Source: a virus (Duplodnaviria; Caudoviricetes). From it: a stretch of 35,695 bases of DNA. A model generated the notes under the pieces. That model saw only the letters and a list, made by a program, of their open reading frames with translations, had not been told where the DNA came from and searched no databases. The translations under genes were made by a program, and so were the position numbers. The DNA lies in the IMG/VR virus record IMGVR_UViG_3300012667_000261, positions 1 to 35,695 of that record, one strand, 5' to 3'. This document shows, in pieces, positions 1 to 9,248 of this stretch. The stretch's first letter is position 1, and each line of letters opens with the position of its first letter.

Positions 1-50
1 CATCCGCAAAGGTGGCGTGGCATATAGAAACCTAGAAGACAGAGTTAGAA

Positions 51-329
51 ATGCGGAAAAGACGAATCACCCGTGACATGATTGAGGCTGCCAGTAAAAA
101 AGGTTGGAGCGTTAGCCAGACTGCCCGACATTACGGCTTTCACAACTCATCAATTGACGCAGCCTGTCAGCGGTTTGGCATTGCCCTGCCGATGCACAAA
201 TATTCGCCTGCGTTGAGGTCATCCCGCGCAGTAGGGCCGCAGCCAAGCAGCGAAAAGGTGAAAGCATGGTCAGCCAGCCCGGACGCTATCCGGCGCGCAT
301 TGGCGAAAACCAACGGAGGAACAAAATGA
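51..329 (+). CDS. Small HTH DNA-binding protein (paralog 1)
   Basis: HTH-like segment GWSVSQTARHYGFHNSSIDAACQRFGI; stop overlaps the next ATG (ATGA 326-329); paralogous to the next gene. Confidence 0.75.
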   Translation: MRKRRITRDMIEAASKKGWSVSQTARHYGFHNSSIDAACQRFGIALPMHKYSPALRSSRAVGPQPSSEKVKAWSASPDAIRRALAKTNGGTK

Positions 330-589
330 AAAAAGGCATCACGCGCGAAATGATCGAAAACGCGAAGGCTCAAGGCTGGTATGCGTCTGAGGCCGCGCGC
401 AATCTAGGCATATCGCCGACCAGTATCAGAAAGGCCTGCATCCGCTTCAATATTTCTCTCAGCCGCCACGCGTTTGATCCATGCGGCATATCTGAGAGCG
501 GGCCGGAAGCCAGCGACGAGCGATCAAAAGCATGGTCAGCAAGTCCAGAAGCAATAAAAAGGGCCTTGCAGAAGGCCGGAAAGTTCTGA
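326..589 (+). CDS. Small HTH DNA-binding protein (paralog 2)
   Basis: Start moved to ATG 326 (GGAGG at 315-319, ATGA overlap); GWYASEAARNLGISPTSIRKACIRFNI; shares KAWSASP(D/E)AIxRAL with paralog 1. Confidence 0.75.
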   Translation: MKKGITREMIENAKAQGWYASEAARNLGISPTSIRKACIRFNISLSRHAFDPCGISESGPEASDERSKAWSASPEAIKRALQKAGKF

Positions 590-595
590 TAGAAG

Positions 596-704
596 AATCG
601 CCGAGGGGATCAAATACACCAAGAAACCGTCACGGGTTGGCTTTGTATTGGTCAGAAGATCTGGTTGCGCTACGGCCTATCTCAACCGCGATCCCCTCAC
701 GATT
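596..704. other. Multi-stem structured intergenic element between convergent transcription units
   Basis: GAGGGGATC 603-611 pairs with GATCCCCTC 690-698; AATCG 596-600 with CGATT 700-704; imperfect inner stems AATACA/TGTATT (613-649) and GGTTG/CAACC (663-687). Confidence 0.45.
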
Positions 705-706
705 TC

Positions 707-952
707 TCACAAGATTTCAGGCTTTGGCCGCAGCCCCATCGCAGACAAAGCGCCCATGGCGTCCATTCCAACGACGACGCTGACGCGATCAGTCTGCGCA
801 AAAACGGGGTGAGACGTGTAATAGTCGCCCTCCAGCAGCCCGGATGCCACAAGATACTCCGTGCCGACAGCATCCACCCAGACAGGAGCAGTCTCTCGAT
901 TGACATTCGGATCAGTGAACCCCGGAGGGCAGGCAATGGTTACGGTTTCCAT
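707..952 (-). CDS. Small hypothetical protein, last gene of the late arm
   Basis: 81-aa ORF whose start overlaps the stop of the head-fibre gene at 952. Confidence 0.65.
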   Translation of the reverse strand: METVTIACPPGFTDPNVNRETAPVWVDAVGTEYLVASGLLEGDYYTSHPVFAQTDRVSVVVGMDAMGALSAMGLRPKPEIL

Positions 953-2157
953 CAGTAAGCCCCCGTGTTCTGGTTGATCCAGTTTTCGACGTTAGCAATC
1001 GTTGCGGCGTCAAGGTTCGGCCCAAAGCGTCCGATTTCCCGGAAGGTGTAACCGCTGAATGGCAAGGTGGTGCCACCACGACGACCGAAGTAAACCGGGT
1101 AGGCGAGATAGTTTCCGGTGCCTTGGTCAGCAGTTGATTGCGCTGCCTGGGTTCCGTTGATGCGGAGGGTAGCCCTGTCCCCAGAAATGTCCCCAAGGGC
1201 AGAAACGACTCTTGATGTCGGGGCGGCAAATGTTGTTGCCGAAATTGCGTTAGATGCACCAGCGCTGTTCCCGCGCGACCCGAAGGCAAAGTTTGCTGCG
1301 GCTGTCAGCGGGCCATAGGTTACGAACGCCCCAGCATTTGACCCAGTGTTTGCGCTGAGTTCTGCGACGATACCGCTCGCAGCATCACTCAATTTCCTGA
1401 CCCCCATGAACACCTGCACCTTGTCCGTGCCGGGGGTGATCGTCGGGGTGACCATGAAGTCGTCCACGCCATCGTAGTAGAGGCCGTAGGCAGTCTGAAC
1501 ACCTGCTTCGGTGATGTCGTACAGCGATACGACTTTCTGGTAGCTCGTGGCGGTGGAGCCAAGTTCGAGTTGCGCCTGCGTGACGCTGCCAGTGACAGTA
1601 AGTGTCAGCGATCCGGCAGTTGGCGTAAAGGTCAAGCTAACGCGGTTGGATGCACCTGTGCCGACAAGCGGGCCAGCAGTAGAAGCCCCAGACAGCGTAA
1701 TCGTTCCAGTTCCATAGAATGATAAAGTCCGGGCAGCCGCCGTAACTGTCACAGATTGAGTGGCCAACGTCTCCGTCGCGAGGAGCATATTGCGACGCCC
1801 AGTGACAGGCAGACAAGCAAACGTGGGGCGAGATGCAGCGGTGGATTGGGTGCGGTGGTTATTGCGACCTGACTTGTCGAGTTGCTTCCCAACAGGCTGA
1901 CCAACAGCAGTTACAGGAGTGGTCCCTGCGCTGTCCTGAAACAGAGTGGACATGTCGCTGTTATCATATAGCCAACCTGGTTCATTGGCCGCAAACAAAT
2001 ACAACGGCATTCCCCACGGCTGCGAGTTGATCCAAGCATCAATCAACGCCACGCCACTAGCCAAGATGTATTTCTTGCTCACAGCGTTGGGCGGCAGTTT
2101 GATGTGGTTGCGCGGCTGATACCAGCGGTGCGTCGGTGTGTTCAGCTCGTCAGCCAT
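952..2157 (-). CDS. Head fibre / capsid-decoration protein (LamG/ConA-like lectin fold with an inserted beta domain)
   Basis: LYDNSDMSTLFQDSAGTTPVTAVGQPVG..LDKSG and AQLELGSTATSY motifs typical of phage spike/fibre proteins; Thr/Gly-rich; downstream of the capsid gene. Confidence 0.65.
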   Translation of the reverse strand: MADELNTPTHRWYQPRNHIKLPPNAVSKKYILASGVALIDAWINSQPWGMPLYLFAANEPGWLYDNSDMSTLFQDSAGTTPVTAVGQPVGKQLDKSGRNNHRTQSTAASRPTFACLPVTGRRNMLLATETLATQSVTVTAAARTLSFYGTGTITLSGASTAGPLVGTGASNRVSLTFTPTAGSLTLTVTGSVTQAQLELGSTATSYQKVVSLYDITEAGVQTAYGLYYDGVDDFMVTPTITPGTDKVQVFMGVRKLSDAASGIVAELSANTGSNAGAFVTYGPLTAAANFAFGSRGNSAGASNAISATTFAAPTSRVVSALGDISGDRATLRINGTQAAQSTADQGTGNYLAYPVYFGRRGGTTLPFSGYTFREIGRFGPNLDAATIANVENWINQNTGAY

Positions 2158-2158
2158 A

Positions 2159-2449
2159 TCAGAACCCCTTTACGCGGAATTTGGCGAAGTCTCCGTCGGC
2201 CAGCTTGCGGCGGACGTATTGTGCGAAGGCCTGCGTCCCGATCGCCTCGCCACACTCGGCCGCCCACTGTTCCGCGATGACCAACGGGATCCGGCCAGCG
2301 AGGCGAAACTTAGCGTCACCATGCGCGCTAGGGGCCATCATCGAAAGCTCGTGATTGTCATCAAGCAGGCTTTGCACGTTTTGATGACGGCGGATGATCA
2401 GCTTTCCATCCTGCTCAATCATCTGCTCGTTTACGTCATACAGCTTCAC
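2159..2449 (-). CDS. Conserved phage protein of the head module
   Basis: 96-aa ORF tightly packed with neighbours; RLAGRIPLVIAEQW motif resembles post-capsid proteins of podophages. Confidence 0.7.
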   Translation of the reverse strand: MKLYDVNEQMIEQDGKLIIRRHQNVQSLLDDNHELSMMAPSAHGDAKFRLAGRIPLVIAEQWAAECGEAIGTQAFAQYVRRKLADGDFAKFRVKGF

Positions 2450-2631
2450 AGCGAGCCTCCAGTGCGGCGGCGCTTGGTTGGCGCTGGGGTTTCACGCGCC
2501 ACAGGCTCAACGGCTTCAGCGAAGCCCTGCGCGATCAGCGACGCGGCTTTCTCCTGCGATACCTCAATCACTGCGCCGTGATGGCGATCAGGCTGCGGCA
2601 GGCGGGTGGTGATAATGCGGATCGTCGGCAT
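2446..2631 (-). CDS. Small post-capsid protein
   Basis: ATG 2631 preceded by AGAAGGAG; AASLIAQGFAEAV plus basic tail; 4-nt overlap with next gene. Confidence 0.65.
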   Translation of the reverse strand: MPTIRIITTRLPQPDRHHGAVIEVSQEKAASLIAQGFAEAVEPVARETPAPTKRRRTGGSL

Positions 2632-2679
2632 TTTCGCTCCTTCTGATGGCGGCAATCATACAAGAAAACAAGGTCGCGG

Positions 2680-2714
2680 GAAAGGAAAAGGAAAAGGGCG
2701 GCCAAAGCCGCCCT
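2680..2714 (-). terminator. Intrinsic terminator after major capsid gene
   Basis: Perfect 8-bp stem AGGGCGGC (2695-2702)/GCCGCCCT (2707-2714), 4-nt loop, T-rich tail on the minus strand. Confidence 0.85.
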
Positions 2715-2737
2715 GATCCGTATCGCATTGGCTCGAC

Positions 2738-3748
2738 TTACAGCGCGCCGTTGATGTCCGCGATGACGCCATGCGCCTTTTCCGAGTCAACCTGCAGGCC
2801 GTATTCTACGGCGATCAGGCGGCGCTCAGAGTGGCCGGTCTTGGCAAGCGGGGACTGCTTGACGTTCGACAGGAAGGCCACGCGGGCGTAGTTCGGGTCC
2901 AGCACGAAAACGTCACGGCCAGCGACGGTTTCCGAGTTGGCGGTCCGGGTCTCAAGGAACCTGGAGGGGACAATCTGCAATGTGCCGAAATCGCTTACAT
3001 AAACGTCAATAGCCGCAACGAGCGACTTCTTGTTGGTCATGTCTTGGTATTTGGTTGCCGAGCCGGTGAAGGTCGAAGAAATCTTCTGCTTCACAGCCGA
3101 GCCGCATAGAACGATGGAAGGCTCTGCGCCATTGTCCCAGCACGAGGCGATGACCGACTTCAGCATGTCTTCGGTCAGCGCGCGAACCGAACCATCGGTT
3201 GCGGCAGCGTTCGGATAGCCTGCAGTCGTCCCCGACAAGGTGGGGTTCGCGCCGTCAACGGTGCCGGTGGAGCGGTTGACGTTGGTGCGCAGGAACGCAG
3301 GCAGGCCAGCGGTGATGCGGGCTTCGTCAGCGCCGCCAGCGTCGGCAGCGATGTTCGAGAGCAGCATCACTTCCATGTCGCGCTTCAGTTCCTTCAGTTT
3401 GAAGGCAATCTGCTTTGCGATGGTCTGGATATCGCCTGCGCCGTTGACAGCATCAGCAGTCGACGAGACTTCAACAACCTTGTCGCTGATTTGGGTGTAG
3501 TTGCCAAGACGCTTGCCGTTGGTCGGAGCGTCGTTGCCGGGTGCAGCTTCGCCTTCCTTCACACGGTTTGCAGCAGGCGAAGCAAGGTCAACTTCGGTCC
3601 ACTCGAAATAGGTGTTGGCAGCGGTCTTGCGGCCAATCGCCGATTGGAAGGGGACTTCCATCGGGGAGATCGAGATAAAGGCGTCCTGCAGATCCTCGCG
3701 GATCGTAGAAACGTCATAGGTCTTTTCGGTATTCGCGTTCACAGCCAT
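2738..3748 (-). CDS. Major capsid protein (DUF5309/SU10-like, HK97 fold)
   Basis: REDLQDAFISISPMEVPF, EWTEVDL, RLGNYTQI, KELKRDME, DVYVSDFG, LAKTG...IAVEYGL motifs; follows scaffold; followed by terminator. Confidence 0.93.
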   Translation of the reverse strand: MAVNANTEKTYDVSTIREDLQDAFISISPMEVPFQSAIGRKTAANTYFEWTEVDLASPAANRVKEGEAAPGNDAPTNGKRLGNYTQISDKVVEVSSTADAVNGAGDIQTIAKQIAFKLKELKRDMEVMLLSNIAADAGGADEARITAGLPAFLRTNVNRSTGTVDGANPTLSGTTAGYPNAAATDGSVRALTEDMLKSVIASCWDNGAEPSIVLCGSAVKQKISSTFTGSATKYQDMTNKKSLVAAIDVYVSDFGTLQIVPSRFLETRTANSETVAGRDVFVLDPNYARVAFLSNVKQSPLAKTGHSERRLIAVEYGLQVDSEKAHGVIADINGAL

Positions 3749-3770
3749 TGGCGTGATCCTTCAATCGGGG

Positions 3771-4760
3771 TTACATCAGGAGGAACCGTGCGACATCGTC
3801 CACAGTCCCGGTGCGCTTCATCTGAGCCTTCGCCTTTTCGCCCTTGATGCGCTTGCTTGCCTGCGGTGCCGTCTTGACGCCTGGCTTGATAACCGGGGTC
3901 TTCGGGGCTTGCGTGGCATGCTTTTCAACGCCTTTGCCTGCCATCAGCCGCCGATACTGGGCAGCGTCATGCAGGACACGGAGCATGCGGTGGTCTGCAA
4001 CCGCACTCAACTCCGAAGCGTCAAAGCCGTAGACCTCTTGCCCGGCTGCCAGCAGATCCTGTTTTGCCTTGGCTGCCGTTTCCGGCTTGGCAAAGGCAGG
4101 GATCGCCTGCGCTAGCAACTGCTGCTCTTTGGCGAGGCGCACGCGGTGCGTCTGTTCCTCGGCCTGAGCTTGGCGGGCCATCATCTCCTGCACGGCCTGC
4201 TGGCCTTGCTGAAACGCCGCGATTTCCTTGTCGTATTTGACGCGGGCCTCGAGGTAGCCAATGGGGTCTCTGGAAAGCAGTTCCTCGCTCGGAGGTTCTG
4301 GCGGCCGCATGGGCACTTGTCCCGTCTGCGCCGCTTGCGCAAATTGGGCGAGCTGCAGGCGCTCGCTCATCAGGGCTTCGTAAACCGCTGCGGCCTGTTG
4401 CTTGGTCTCAGCGACTTCCTTCATGCCCTTTTGGATGTAGGCCTGTCCCGAGTAGCCCCGGAGTAGCTCGTCAAGCGGAACCTGCTGTTCACGGCCATCC
4501 ACCTTCACGGTGAAAAACTGTTCGGCTGGCTCACCCTCGTCGGCGTCCGTCTCGCTCTCGTCGGTGCCTTCGTCCTCGTCATCAGTCTCGGCGTCAACCT
4601 CATCAGCATCGGCCATTTCAACCTCGGGCTGGTCTTGTGCGTCATCCGGTTCGGATTGCACCAGCTCATCGGTCTGCTCGTCTTCTTTTTGCGGGCCGCC
4701 TTCAATCAGGCTTGCCGCAACGGCGTCAACGCTTCCGTCCATTGCAGTCGTGTCATCCAC
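3771..4760 (-). CDS. Capsid scaffolding protein
   Basis: GTG 4760 after GGAGAAAAGG; acidic N-terminus, FTVKVDGREQQVPLDELLRGY motif, coiled coil, C-terminal MKRTGTVDDVA; directly upstream of capsid gene. Confidence 0.88.
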   Translation of the reverse strand: MDDTTAMDGSVDAVAASLIEGGPQKEDEQTDELVQSEPDDAQDQPEVEMADADEVDAETDDEDEGTDESETDADEGEPAEQFFTVKVDGREQQVPLDELLRGYSGQAYIQKGMKEVAETKQQAAAVYEALMSERLQLAQFAQAAQTGQVPMRPPEPPSEELLSRDPIGYLEARVKYDKEIAAFQQGQQAVQEMMARQAQAEEQTHRVRLAKEQQLLAQAIPAFAKPETAAKAKQDLLAAGQEVYGFDASELSAVADHRMLRVLHDAAQYRRLMAGKGVEKHATQAPKTPVIKPGVKTAPQASKRIKGEKAKAQMKRTGTVDDVARFLLM

Positions 4761-5004
4761 GGTGCTGCTTCCTTTTCTCCTCGCGCCGCTCAAGCAGTTT
4801 CCCGTCAAGGATGACGGAAGCAAACTGATCCTTTAGCATGCGCAGCGCCCGAACCATTCGATGCGCCTCCATGAGCTGTTCAGCATTGCACACCTGAGTG
4901 GTGAACATGCTGACTTGTGCGCATTCTAGCACATCAAAGGCTTCTTTGAATAGTGGGTCTTCAATGATGGCCTTGGCCCGCGCGGCACGCTGTGCGGTGT
5001 CCAT
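4753..5004 (-). CDS. Small conserved protein between portal and scaffold
   Basis: 83-aa helical ORF (RAARAKAIIEDPLFKEAF) overlapping both neighbours. Confidence 0.75.
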   Translation of the reverse strand: MDTAQRAARAKAIIEDPLFKEAFDVLECAQVSMFTTQVCNAEQLMEAHRMVRALRMLKDQFASVILDGKLLERREEKRKQHRG

Positions 5005-7295
5005 TACATCATGCCCCCGTTAGGCTGCTGCGGCATCATCTGCGGCATCATCGCCTTGGTGGCTTCCTGCTCAGCCTTGATGCGCGCGGTGTCGATGGCA
5101 ACGCCGTATTTCGCGGCAATCTCGGCCATCGCAATCTCAAGGTCTTGCGTCATCTTGTCCCGCTCGCGATCGTCCTGCATTTGCGCCTTCATGAAATCAA
5201 GCTGCAAGCGCTGCTGATCGCTGGTCAGCTTTGCCTGCGCCTTGATCTGCTCGGCGGCAACCATAGCCTGCGCGGGGTCGCCTTGCTGCGGCGCCTGCGC
5301 TCCGGGTGCTGCCTGCTGTTGGGCCTGCGCGGGCTGCGGCTGCATGAAATACCGATCCGCATTGTTCAGGCCGTTGATCGCCAGAAGATCAGATAGCGTG
5401 TTGCGAAGCTGCTGAACGCCTGCCAACGGGTTGTCCGGCCCGTATGCGCCGATGGTCTGCAATTGGATCTGCATCACCTGCCCAAGCATGGCGGTTTTCT
5501 GGTCTTCCCGCCCGGTGCCAAGCCCGACGTTCACCGTTGCGTCAAGATCAGCATCCCAAACGCGCGGATCCATTGGGACATACTGGCCATTGATCCGCAG
5601 CATTTCAGCCTTGGTGCTGTGCTTCGCCATCAGCTTCAAGATCTGCTGAAACAGCCGGCGCATGCCGGTATAAGCAAGGTTCGCAACCATGACTTCAACC
5701 TGACCAGCCGCGCCCTGCACGGTGGCCTGAACGGCTGCGCGCGTGGTTGATTGCAATGCGTCAGGATCAAGGCCCATGCTGGCACGGGTGACGCCAGTTT
5801 TCATTTCAACCATTTGGTCGACGTATTGCAGCGCAACAAGCGTTTGGCCCGCGACAAACGGCACGGAAATGTCCCGCAGCATGCCCGGTTGATTGACCCG
5901 CACAACCGCGCCGATCTCGTTATTCAGCAGGTCATCCATTTCGACCTGACCCTTGACTGCCTCAACGCGCGGGTTGTTGGTCATCATCACGTTGTCAACA
6001 ATGCTGCGCGTGATGGCCGTCGCTACGTCCTGATCTTGCTCAATCAGTTCAACCAAGCTGCGGCCAAAATAGGTGTGCGGCTCAGGGTCGACGTGCCAGC
6101 CAGCAAATGGGTGATCGTCAACAGGCTCATAGGACAACAAGCGGTGGCTGCTGCCGCCCATCAGGAACTTGTGCAAGATCGGCATGCCAGTGCCGTCCAC
6201 ATCAACGCGCATATATGCTTCGGTGATCGTCACCTTTTTCATGGACGGGTCTTCAGCGTTTTCGTCCTCGTCGCGCTGGATAGAGTATCTGCGGCGCTCC
6301 TCCTCCTCTTGATCGCGCATATCGACGCTGGAACCGTTGTCCAGTTCCATCACCTTTTCTTCATCAATGCCCATAGCGATAACGTCGGCAGCGCGCATTT
6401 CGGTCTGGTGGCCGATGATGTAGAAATCTTCGTCAGACCGTGCATTGCGGTCAATGAAGAACTCCTCGGGCGGGATCGTGTCAATGCACAGTTTGCCATC
6501 GGTGTTTTTGCGGATGACGCGCAAGTCATAAAGCTGCGGCAATTCGGCAGGCATTTGCGGAAGCTGTGACGGATCGACCTGCTGGCCAGCGGCCTGCGCC
6601 TGCGCCGCCATTGTTTGCGCAGCGTCAACCTGCTCTTGCATCATGCGGATGGTTTCTTCATCCGGGCGCTGCTCAACGCTAATGACTTCAGCCCCCGGCG
6701 CGGCAAGAATTGCCTGATATTGATCCTCGTCCAGATCTGTGAAGTCGTAAACCTTCGGCCTGTCATATTCAGCCCAATATGCCTTCGTGAAGCCGGTGAT
6801 GTTGACCAAGGCGTCATGCGTCACATCGCGCAGAATCTGGTAGCCGTTATGCTGCCGAAACTTCGCCGTGGCGTAGGTGCTGGCCTGCTCCATGCTGGCA
6901 ACATCTTCCGGACCCTGCGGCACAAACTCAACCGGGCGATCTGCCGTCATAAACACGCGCTGGATCGACGGCTTAACCGCGCGGACGGTATCGCGGCATT
7001 TGGTTGAGACAATGGCGCTGCGGCCATCCTCTTTGCCAATGTCGGTTTCGCCGTTGAAATAGCGCTGCGCCTTGATGCGCCGCTCCGCAATCTCGTCCGA
7101 GATGAAGCCAATCGCCTTGTCGATGCCGTCCGCAACGATGGCTTCAATTTCGTCCTCGTCCAGCGGCTGAAATGTGCCGCCAGCCTTTTCCTCGTCGATT
7201 GGCTCAATTTCGACTTCGAACCCGTCAAGGATCAATTCCATTTCGCCATCTGACGCCAGTTCAACATCGGGGCCGTATTTTTCGCGTTTCGCCAT
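5004..7295 (-). CDS. Portal protein (P22-like podovirus type with Q-rich C-terminal barrel)
   Basis: About 763 aa; GRSAIVS, VEFVPQGPED, IPPEEFFID, PEPHTYFGRS, EMKTGV, VNVGLGTG motifs; upstream of scaffold and capsid. Confidence 0.92.
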   Translation of the reverse strand: MAKREKYGPDVELASDGEMELILDGFEVEIEPIDEEKAGGTFQPLDEDEIEAIVADGIDKAIGFISDEIAERRIKAQRYFNGETDIGKEDGRSAIVSTKCRDTVRAVKPSIQRVFMTADRPVEFVPQGPEDVASMEQASTYATAKFRQHNGYQILRDVTHDALVNITGFTKAYWAEYDRPKVYDFTDLDEDQYQAILAAPGAEVISVEQRPDEETIRMMQEQVDAAQTMAAQAQAAGQQVDPSQLPQMPAELPQLYDLRVIRKNTDGKLCIDTIPPEEFFIDRNARSDEDFYIIGHQTEMRAADVIAMGIDEEKVMELDNGSSVDMRDQEEEERRRYSIQRDEDENAEDPSMKKVTITEAYMRVDVDGTGMPILHKFLMGGSSHRLLSYEPVDDHPFAGWHVDPEPHTYFGRSLVELIEQDQDVATAITRSIVDNVMMTNNPRVEAVKGQVEMDDLLNNEIGAVVRVNQPGMLRDISVPFVAGQTLVALQYVDQMVEMKTGVTRASMGLDPDALQSTTRAAVQATVQGAAGQVEVMVANLAYTGMRRLFQQILKLMAKHSTKAEMLRINGQYVPMDPRVWDADLDATVNVGLGTGREDQKTAMLGQVMQIQLQTIGAYGPDNPLAGVQQLRNTLSDLLAINGLNNADRYFMQPQPAQAQQQAAPGAQAPQQGDPAQAMVAAEQIKAQAKLTSDQQRLQLDFMKAQMQDDRERDKMTQDLEIAMAEIAAKYGVAIDTARIKAEQEATKAMMPQMMPQQPNGGMM

Positions 7296-7297
7296 GT

Positions 7298-9238
7298 TCA
7301 ATCCGTCCCCGATGGGTTGTCAATTAACAGATTGAGGCCGGGCGCAGAAGCGCGAGTTCCTGCGCGCGTCACGGCTTCAATCGCTTTTGCGGTGTTCTGC
7401 ATGAGTTGCCCCATGACAGTATCGTCTTTCAAGGCCCGCTGCACTAGCGCAGGATCTTCCGACAGAACAATGCGCGCGATTTCCAATTTTTGCCGATCAG
7501 ACAGGCCCGGGCGCAGGCTGTTGGCCGCATTTCCAATCAACCGCGCCCAAGCCATCATATCGCCACCCATCCCGCTGGCAATATCTTGCGCAACGCTTCC
7601 AGCCCCCACGCCGGGGGCCATCATGGTTTGCGCTGTCTGCGACCCCTCAACGATCTTGTTGTAAGCCCGCTGCGCATTGGCTGCGTTCTCAACCTTCTGA
7701 ACAATTGACGGCGCAGCGCCAGGCGGCAAGGCAAGCCGCAAGGCAGTGCCGGGGCCAGTATCTTCGCTTGCAAGTCCGCGCATTAGACCGGGGGCCGCGC
7801 TGGGCCGCGACATTCCGGCGCGGATAGATGTCAGCATGCCCTCGCGGAAGGCCGCAATAGCATCCGGGCCTTGCTTCTCAATATCCTTAATGAGAAGCGC
7901 TAGTTCATCAGGGGATCGGCGAATAGCCTCTTGCCCAAGCTTGAACGCATCCCGCGATCCGCGAACAATCTCTGCCTCTGACCGTGCGGCAGCAAGCGCC
8001 GGGGAAGCAATATCCAATTCACCCTTCACATCGCTGGCAAGCTCTTTATACGCGCCGCCAATGGTGCCTTTGCCGCCCTGATATGCCTCGCTGGCCTTGT
8101 CGCGCAGGATGCGGTAAACGGTTTCCGCCTCGCGCAAAGTCGGATCGCGTGCAAATTCAATTGCGCCATCTTCCGCCACCGTGAAAAACGGGTTTGTGCC
8201 ATATTTAAGGCGAGCGGCATCTGCTGCATCTTTCAATGCGGCGGGGGCGCGGCGCGCGATGTCCTGCATTTGCGCAATAATTTCAGGAGGCGCGGCCAAC
8301 TCAACGCCGGAAGGTTTAAATGCGCCTTCATATGCTCGGTTTTCCGCAATGCGGGCGGCCTCATCGCTGGCGCGCTTGTTGGCAAGCGGGTTGCCGGGGC
8401 TGCCAAGCGATTTTTGCAATTCGTCCATGGCTTCCGTGCGTGTTTGTCCGGGTCGAACAGATAGAACGCGCTTGATCTCCGCCCCCGATGGGCCGCCTTC
8501 CGAGTAAAAGCGGCGGATCATGCTTTCCAGCGTGCGGTTTTCGGCCATGATCCGACCATTCGCCACGCCATCAATGATTTCATCGGCGGTCATGCCGCCC
8601 TGTTCAGCAAGCCTCTGCACTTCCTTGGCTACGGTTCCAGCCATTCGGTCGCCAAATTTGTTTCTGACCCAATTCGTCATCGTGCTGCCAGTGCCGCGCA
8701 ATGCCCCCATCGCGCTGCCGATAACTCCTCCGCCGATGCCACCATATACAGCGCCCTTGCCCATTTCTGCGGCGCGATTAAGTAGTCCGCCTTCGCCAGT
8801 CCCGAAGCCATAGACAGCGCCAGCCTTTGCGCCACCAATTGCGCCGCGACCAAGACCGCCAAGAACCGCTGCCGTGCGTGTTGCGGATGCTGGGGCAGCG
8901 GCTCCGCCGGACAGAAATGCAGGAGCCAACGCGCCGCCAACTTCCCAAGCGGTGGAGCTGATCGGATAATCCTCGTGATATTGTTTCAGAGCATCGCGTT
9001 CACTTTGCAGCGCGGCTTCATAGTTTTGCCCAATCGAGCCTTCGCCAAACGGCGCTTGCAGTGCGGCAAGGATTTCATCGGAAAACCCAAGCAGTGCGCC
9101 TTGCGCGGCTGCCCGAGCGCGCTGCGTTGGCGGATCAATAGATGCGGCAAGTGCGCGCAATTCCTCGGCTGATCCAACATCACCTGCGGCGTCAGCCTTG
9201 GCGGCGGCTTCAAGATATTGTTCGCGGGTGTAGGCCAT
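7298..9238 (-). CDS. Internal virion / DNA ejection protein
   Basis: 646 aa, Gly/Ala-rich; AQGALLGFSDEI and GAVYGFGTGEG motifs; last of four clustered ejection-type genes. Confidence 0.75.
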   Translation of the reverse strand: MAYTREQYLEAAAKADAAGDVGSAEELRALAASIDPPTQRARAAAQGALLGFSDEILAALQAPFGEGSIGQNYEAALQSERDALKQYHEDYPISSTAWEVGGALAPAFLSGGAAAPASATRTAAVLGGLGRGAIGGAKAGAVYGFGTGEGGLLNRAAEMGKGAVYGGIGGGVIGSAMGALRGTGSTMTNWVRNKFGDRMAGTVAKEVQRLAEQGGMTADEIIDGVANGRIMAENRTLESMIRRFYSEGGPSGAEIKRVLSVRPGQTRTEAMDELQKSLGSPGNPLANKRASDEAARIAENRAYEGAFKPSGVELAAPPEIIAQMQDIARRAPAALKDAADAARLKYGTNPFFTVAEDGAIEFARDPTLREAETVYRILRDKASEAYQGGKGTIGGAYKELASDVKGELDIASPALAAARSEAEIVRGSRDAFKLGQEAIRRSPDELALLIKDIEKQGPDAIAAFREGMLTSIRAGMSRPSAAPGLMRGLASEDTGPGTALRLALPPGAAPSIVQKVENAANAQRAYNKIVEGSQTAQTMMAPGVGAGSVAQDIASGMGGDMMAWARLIGNAANSLRPGLSDRQKLEIARIVLSEDPALVQRALKDDTVMGQLMQNTAKAIEAVTRAGTRASAPGLNLLIDNPSGTD

Positions 9239-9248
9239 GTTTGGCTCC

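Noticed and set aside
596-704. tRNA or hammerhead ribozyme in the convergent gap
   Set aside because: No TTCGA T-loop or cloverleaf spacing, and no CUGAnGA/GAAA core found.
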